This document shows, piece after piece, positions 60,365 to 64,000 of a DNA stretch of 64,000 nucleotides. Source of the stretch: Synechococcales cyanobacterium VAR_4_metabat_354 (GTDB lineage Bacteria; Cyanobacteriota; Cyanobacteriia; Cyanobacteriales; Chamaesiphonaceae). Numbering within the stretch: position 1 is the first letter of the stretch; every line of letters starts with the position of its first letter. The notes beneath the pieces were generated by a model. That model saw only the letters and a program-made list of their open reading frames with translations. It did not search any database and had not been told where the DNA came from. Both the position numbers and the translations under genes were made by a program. Where the stretch lies: contig JANOQI010000016.1 in the NCBI GenBank assembly GCA_031414775.1, positions 256,001 to 320,000 of the forward strand. The letters run 5' to 3'.

Positions 60365-61672
60365 ATGAAAAAATCTATGTTTGGTGGACTCTCTAATTAC
60401 TGGCAACAGCTTAATGAGTGGTTTTTTCGCACTGCCGATCGAGCTTTAGATGAAGCTTATAAAGCAGCTCTGAAAATTAAAGCGATCGAAGACGAGCATT
60501 TTGGTGGCCAGAAAATTAGCTTTCCACCGAACAGCCCCAACAATTCTATTACTACCTATTTTCAAGCCGATCTTACTAAGTATTTAAATATTGCCAAGCT
60601 GCGGCTAGCTGAGTTTCAAACCAGTCGCACCATCAATCCCAACACCTTCGAGGATCCGGCGAATAACTCTAGTCTGGTTTCGATTAATCCTTACGTATCG
60701 GATATTGAGGCCGAAGCCCGGATTCTTGAAAAGCTCCAATTCATTGACCAAATTTTGGATCGGTATAGTGAGCATGATTCGGACTTGGTAACTAGTCTGC
60801 CGGTCACTAGCAATATCACGCCAGCAAAGCCATCAGTACTCCAGAACTTTAATCTGGTGCCACCAGCGGCTAAGAAAAATAATGTTTTGATCGATCGATC
60901 AGTCGTCAAGGCCTTTAGAAAAATTCAGCTAGATCTTAATCCCCAAGCCGAGCAAGAAGTAGTTCAGACCTTTCGCACATCCAAGAATCGCACTAGAGAT
61001 GCCCTGCGTTTCGTATTGACTCTCACAATCGCTCCTTTAATTGTGCATTTATTCATGAAGACGATCGTCGTCGGTCCAATTATTGATGCTTATTATCCCC
61101 ACACCAATCATGGTGATGTCTTTCTGAACCAAAATCTAGAAAAAGAAGCTTTGGAGGAGCTAGAACAATTTGAGCGTCATCTCAAGTTTCAGATGATTAC
61201 TGGTTTAGTACCAGAGATTTCAGCTAAGGAAATCGAAGAAAAAGTCAAAGAACAGGCCGAAGAGATTAAAAGAGATTTTATCGACAAAAGCACCAATGCT
61301 ATCAAAAACTGGTTTGCTGATGCAGCTTCGATCGTAGCCTTTACCCTCATTATCACCAAAAGCAAACGGCAACTAGCTAACTTGCTGGAGTTCATTGACA
61401 GCATCATTTCTGGGGTAAGTGACACCGCTAAAGCTTTTATCATTATTTTGCTGACTGATACCTTTGTGGGTTTTCACTCGCCCCACGGTTGGGAGATTTT
61501 GCTGGAGGGGATGGCTGAACATTTAGGCATTCCCGAAAGCCATAGTTTTAACTCCCTGTTTATCGCAACTTTTCCGGTATTCCTAGACACTATTTTTAAA
61601 TACTGGATATTCCGCTATCTGATTGGTCAGTCTCCTTCGGCGGTGGCTACTTTTAAGACTATGAATGAATAA
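60365..61672 (+). CDS. pxcA: Proton extrusion protein PxcA (CemA family)
   Basis: RALDEAY.AAL.IK.IEDEHF; SDTAKAF.IIL.TD.FVGFHSPHGWE; FIATFPV.LDTIFKYWIFRYL. Confidence 0.93.
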   Translation: MKKSMFGGLSNYWQQLNEWFFRTADRALDEAYKAALKIKAIEDEHFGGQKISFPPNSPNNSITTYFQADLTKYLNIAKLRLAEFQTSRTINPNTFEDPANNSSLVSINPYVSDIEAEARILEKLQFIDQILDRYSEHDSDLVTSLPVTSNITPAKPSVLQNFNLVPPAAKKNNVLIDRSVVKAFRKIQLDLNPQAEQEVVQTFRTSKNRTRDALRFVLTLTIAPLIVHLFMKTIVVGPIIDAYYPHTNHGDVFLNQNLEKEALEELEQFERHLKFQMITGLVPEISAKEIEEKVKEQAEEIKRDFIDKSTNAIKNWFADAASIVAFTLIITKSKRQLANLLEFIDSIISGVSDTAKAFIIILLTDTFVGFHSPHGWEILLEGMAEHLGIPESHSFNSLFIATFPVFLDTIFKYWIFRYLIGQSPSAVATFKTMNE

Positions 61673-61736
61673 TAGTTTAAAAAATGAGATCTGCATCTTG
61701 AACTGATCTTGTCTGAATGATGTCTTGATCGATTTC

Positions 61737-62519
61737 TTATTTAATTGCCGTTTTCAACTCTCGACAATATTGTTCGATCGCATCCACTCCTTCCGTCGCC
61801 AACTTCTTTACCATCGCACTCCCCACAATTACCCCATCAGCCCCCCAGTCCTTTACTTGCTTCGCTTGTTCTGGCGTGGCAATCCCAAAACCGACAGCGA
61901 TCGACTTGTCAGTCAAGGTTCGCAACTTACTCAAAATTTCAGGAACGCGCATCCCCATTTCTGTCCGCACTCCTGTAACGCCAGTTACGCTAACTAAATA
62001 GACAAATCCCTGGGAACAGTTGGCGATCGCTTGCATTCGATCGGGCGAACTAGTCGGAGCTACCAGCAAGATGACTTCAATGCTGTGTTTGCTACCTAAT
62101 TCCAACAAAGTGGCTGATTCTTCTAGAGGTAAATCTGGCACTACTAAGCCCTTGACCCCGACCTCGGCAATGCGGGTTAGGAATTGCTCAATTCCTAGGT
62201 TCAAGATCGGGTTGTAATAGGTGAAGAGAATAATCGGAGCCTTAATAGTAGGGCTAATGTCTTTTACCATCTTCAGCACATCATCGAGTTTGACACCCTG
62301 TTGTAGAGCGCGGGTAGCAGCGGCCTGAATCACTGGGCCATCGGCCAACGGATCGGAATAGGGTACGCCTAGTTCAATTAAATCGGCACCCGCCTGGTCG
62401 AGGGCTTGCAGCGCCGCCGCCGTAGTTTTCAAGTCCGGATCGCCAGCCGTAATAAAAGGAATCAGCGCACATTGCTGCTGAGCACGGAGCGATTGCAAGC
62501 AGCCAGAAACAGAGGTCAT
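61737..62519 (-). CDS. trpA: Tryptophan synthase alpha chain
   Basis: [49 protein letters not shown]. Confidence 0.96.
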   Translation of the reverse strand: MTSVSGCLQSLRAQQQCALIPFITAGDPDLKTTAAALQALDQAGADLIELGVPYSDPLADGPVIQAAATRALQQGVKLDDVLKMVKDISPTIKAPIILFTYYNPILNLGIEQFLTRIAEVGVKGLVVPDLPLEESATLLELGSKHSIEVILLVAPTSSPDRMQAIANCSQGFVYLVSVTGVTGVRTEMGMRVPEILSKLRTLTDKSIAVGFGIATPEQAKQVKDWGADGVIVGSAMVKKLATEGVDAIEQYCRELKTAIK

Positions 62520-62541
62520 CGTAGTATTAGGTAGTAAAAAA

Positions 62542-62853
62542 TTAGGAATCAGTGGCTTTTTCAGCCGCAATTTTGGCTTGCAGCTGGGCTAGCTCTTCTG
62601 GAGTCAGCTCATCTAGGCGCTGCTGTAACACGGCTTCTTCGTATTCAGCCCGTTGCTGATCGTAGGTCATATTCTTGCTAGAAACCCTAAATATATAGGT
62701 GGCTGCCCAGCCCAAAATTATCAAAATCAACAGTACTTGGCTCCAAATGCCGGCGTTGATATTGTCTAGACCCACGGCTTGCAAGACAACATAGCCTAAG
62801 CCACCAAGCAGAAAAACGGCGAGTCCGATCGCAAGTACATCAATACGGCGCAT
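62542..62853 (-). CDS. DUF3007 family membrane protein
   Basis: MRRID, AGIWSQ, TY.FRV...MTY.QQ...YE; ndhL-DUF3007-trpA gene order. Confidence 0.85.
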   Translation of the reverse strand: MRRIDVLAIGLAVFLLGGLGYVVLQAVGLDNINAGIWSQVLLILIILGWAATYIFRVSSKNMTYDQQRAEYEEAVLQQRLDELTPEELAQLQAKIAAEKATDS

Positions 62854-62856
62854 GGT

Positions 62857-63066
62857 TTAGGTAATTTGACGACGTTGGGGACGGAAATTAAGAAAAGGCG
62901 AGAGCAGCATCATGCCCGGAAAGAAGAAGAACATCAAGAAGTACATGAAGCCTCGTTCGAAAGAGGAAACCACATAAAATCTTTTCTGAAAATAAAAATA
63001 GAGTAGTCCCGGCAATACCAACAGGTAAGAACCACCAATCACCAGATAAAGGAGAGCTACGAGCAT
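62857..63066 (-). CDS. ndhL: NDH-1 subunit L
   Basis: [34 protein letters not shown]. Confidence 0.93.
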   Translation of the reverse strand: MLVALLYLVIGGSYLLVLPGLLYFYFQKRFYVVSSFERGFMYFLMFFFFPGMMLLSPFLNFRPQRRQIT

Positions 63067-63186
63067 GAGCGGTGTGTAGACTTAGGATGACGGCTTCATT
63101 GTAGTCTTTTTCCACAGCAATTCCAAATTCCGGTAGCAACTTCAACTTACAATAGGCTAGGTAATTACACTGAAAACCCACCACCG

Positions 63187-63504
63187 ATGAGCAATTATCA
63201 ACAGTATGGTGACACCGATCGCCTCCGGGCTTTGCGCAAGCTCTCTAATGAGCGCTGGCGAATTTCTTTATGGCTGACCGCCGTAATGATGTTTATTTAT
63301 TTTGGCTTTATTTTGTTAGTGGCCTTTAATAAACAACTAATGGGTCAAACTATTGTGCCGGGTCTGTCGATCGGCATTCTTTTAGGAGCTTCGACCATCG
63401 TGGCTGCGTGGGTATTGATCTTTATCTATGTGCGCTGGGCAAACAATCACTTTGATGACCAATTGGCTGAAGCAAAGCGCGATCGATCAGCAAAAAATCC
63501 ATAA
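63187..63504 (+). CDS. DUF485 family membrane protein
   Basis: YFGFILLVAF, GLSIGI..G, YVRWAN..FD; immediately upstream of actP. Confidence 0.88.
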   Translation: MSNYQQYGDTDRLRALRKLSNERWRISLWLTAVMMFIYFGFILLVAFNKQLMGQTIVPGLSIGILLGASTIVAAWVLIFIYVRWANNHFDDQLAEAKRDRSAKNP

Positions 63505-63526
63505 TTAACAAACTTTTTAAAGAACT

Positions 63527-64000
63527 ATGACGACAACATTAGGCAGCTTTAACTTAGTAGCAGTGGCTTTTTTCTTGGTGTTTATTGCTGTTACCCTAGG
63601 TATCACTTATTGGGCAGCTAAAAAAACCCGCAGTACCCAAGACTATTACACCGCTGGTGGTGAGATTAGCGGTTTTCAGAATGGTTTGGCTCTAGCCGGT
63701 GACTTTATGAGTGCGGCTAGCTTTTTGGGCATTACCGGTATGGTAGCGCTCAATGGCTTCGATGGCTTGATTTATTCGATCGGCTTCTTGGTTGGTTGGC
63801 CAGTGGTCATGTTCTTAATTGCCGAACCCCTCCGCAATTTAGGGAAATACACCTTTGCCGATGTGTTGGCTTTTCGGTTACAGCAAACCCCGGTGCGGAT
63901 TGCCTCTTCGATCAGTAGTTTAGCTGTGATTAGTTTCTATTTGATTGCCCAAATGGTGGGCGCTGGTAGTCTGGTCAAACTTCTCTTCGGAATTGACTAT
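63527..64000 (+). CDS. actP: Cation/acetate symporter (SSS family), partial
   Basis: [51 protein letters not shown]; runs off the window. Confidence 0.88.
   Translation, partial: MTTTLGSFNLVAVAFFLVFIAVTLGITYWAAKKTRSTQDYYTAGGEISGFQNGLALAGDFMSAASFLGITGMVALNGFDGLIYSIGFLVGWPVVMFLIAEPLRNLGKYTFADVLAFRLQQTPVRIASSISSLAVISFYLIAQMVGAGSLVKLLFGIDY

Overview
Chromosomal window from a cyanobacterium. Diagnostic genes include apcF, frp, ndhL, pxcA, sipA, ferredoxin-GOGAT and desB, and the CGATCG-cored palindrome is very frequent. Most of the window is housekeeping: cbiB, cbiX, cobA, nadB, purH, trpA, trpG, asnS, gcvH, xth, ybeY, dgkA, glk, two clpS paralogs, tRNA-Leu(UAA) and tRNA-Asp(GUC). Notable parts: (i) a complete four-gene module (circularly permuted ATP-grasp, alpha-E, transglutaminase, Anbu proteasome-like peptidase) at 33097-37168, with a perfect NtcA-type box upstream and anbu convergent; (ii) a decayed accessory island after glsF (47200-50110) in which an intact, translationally coupled pair of small helical hypothetical genes sits beside a frameshifted HEPN/MauJ-like gene and two broken VapC toxins; (iii) a class A beta-lactamase-fold protein lacking both active-site serines, directly downstream of a 1620-aa all-TPR protein; (iv) an FHA-flavoprotein fusion; (v) an frp gene without adjacent ocp; (vi) pseudogenes downstream of tRNA-Leu. 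No CRISPR array, rRNA, integrase or transposase was seen. Family calls come from recognising motifs by eye, not from database searches.
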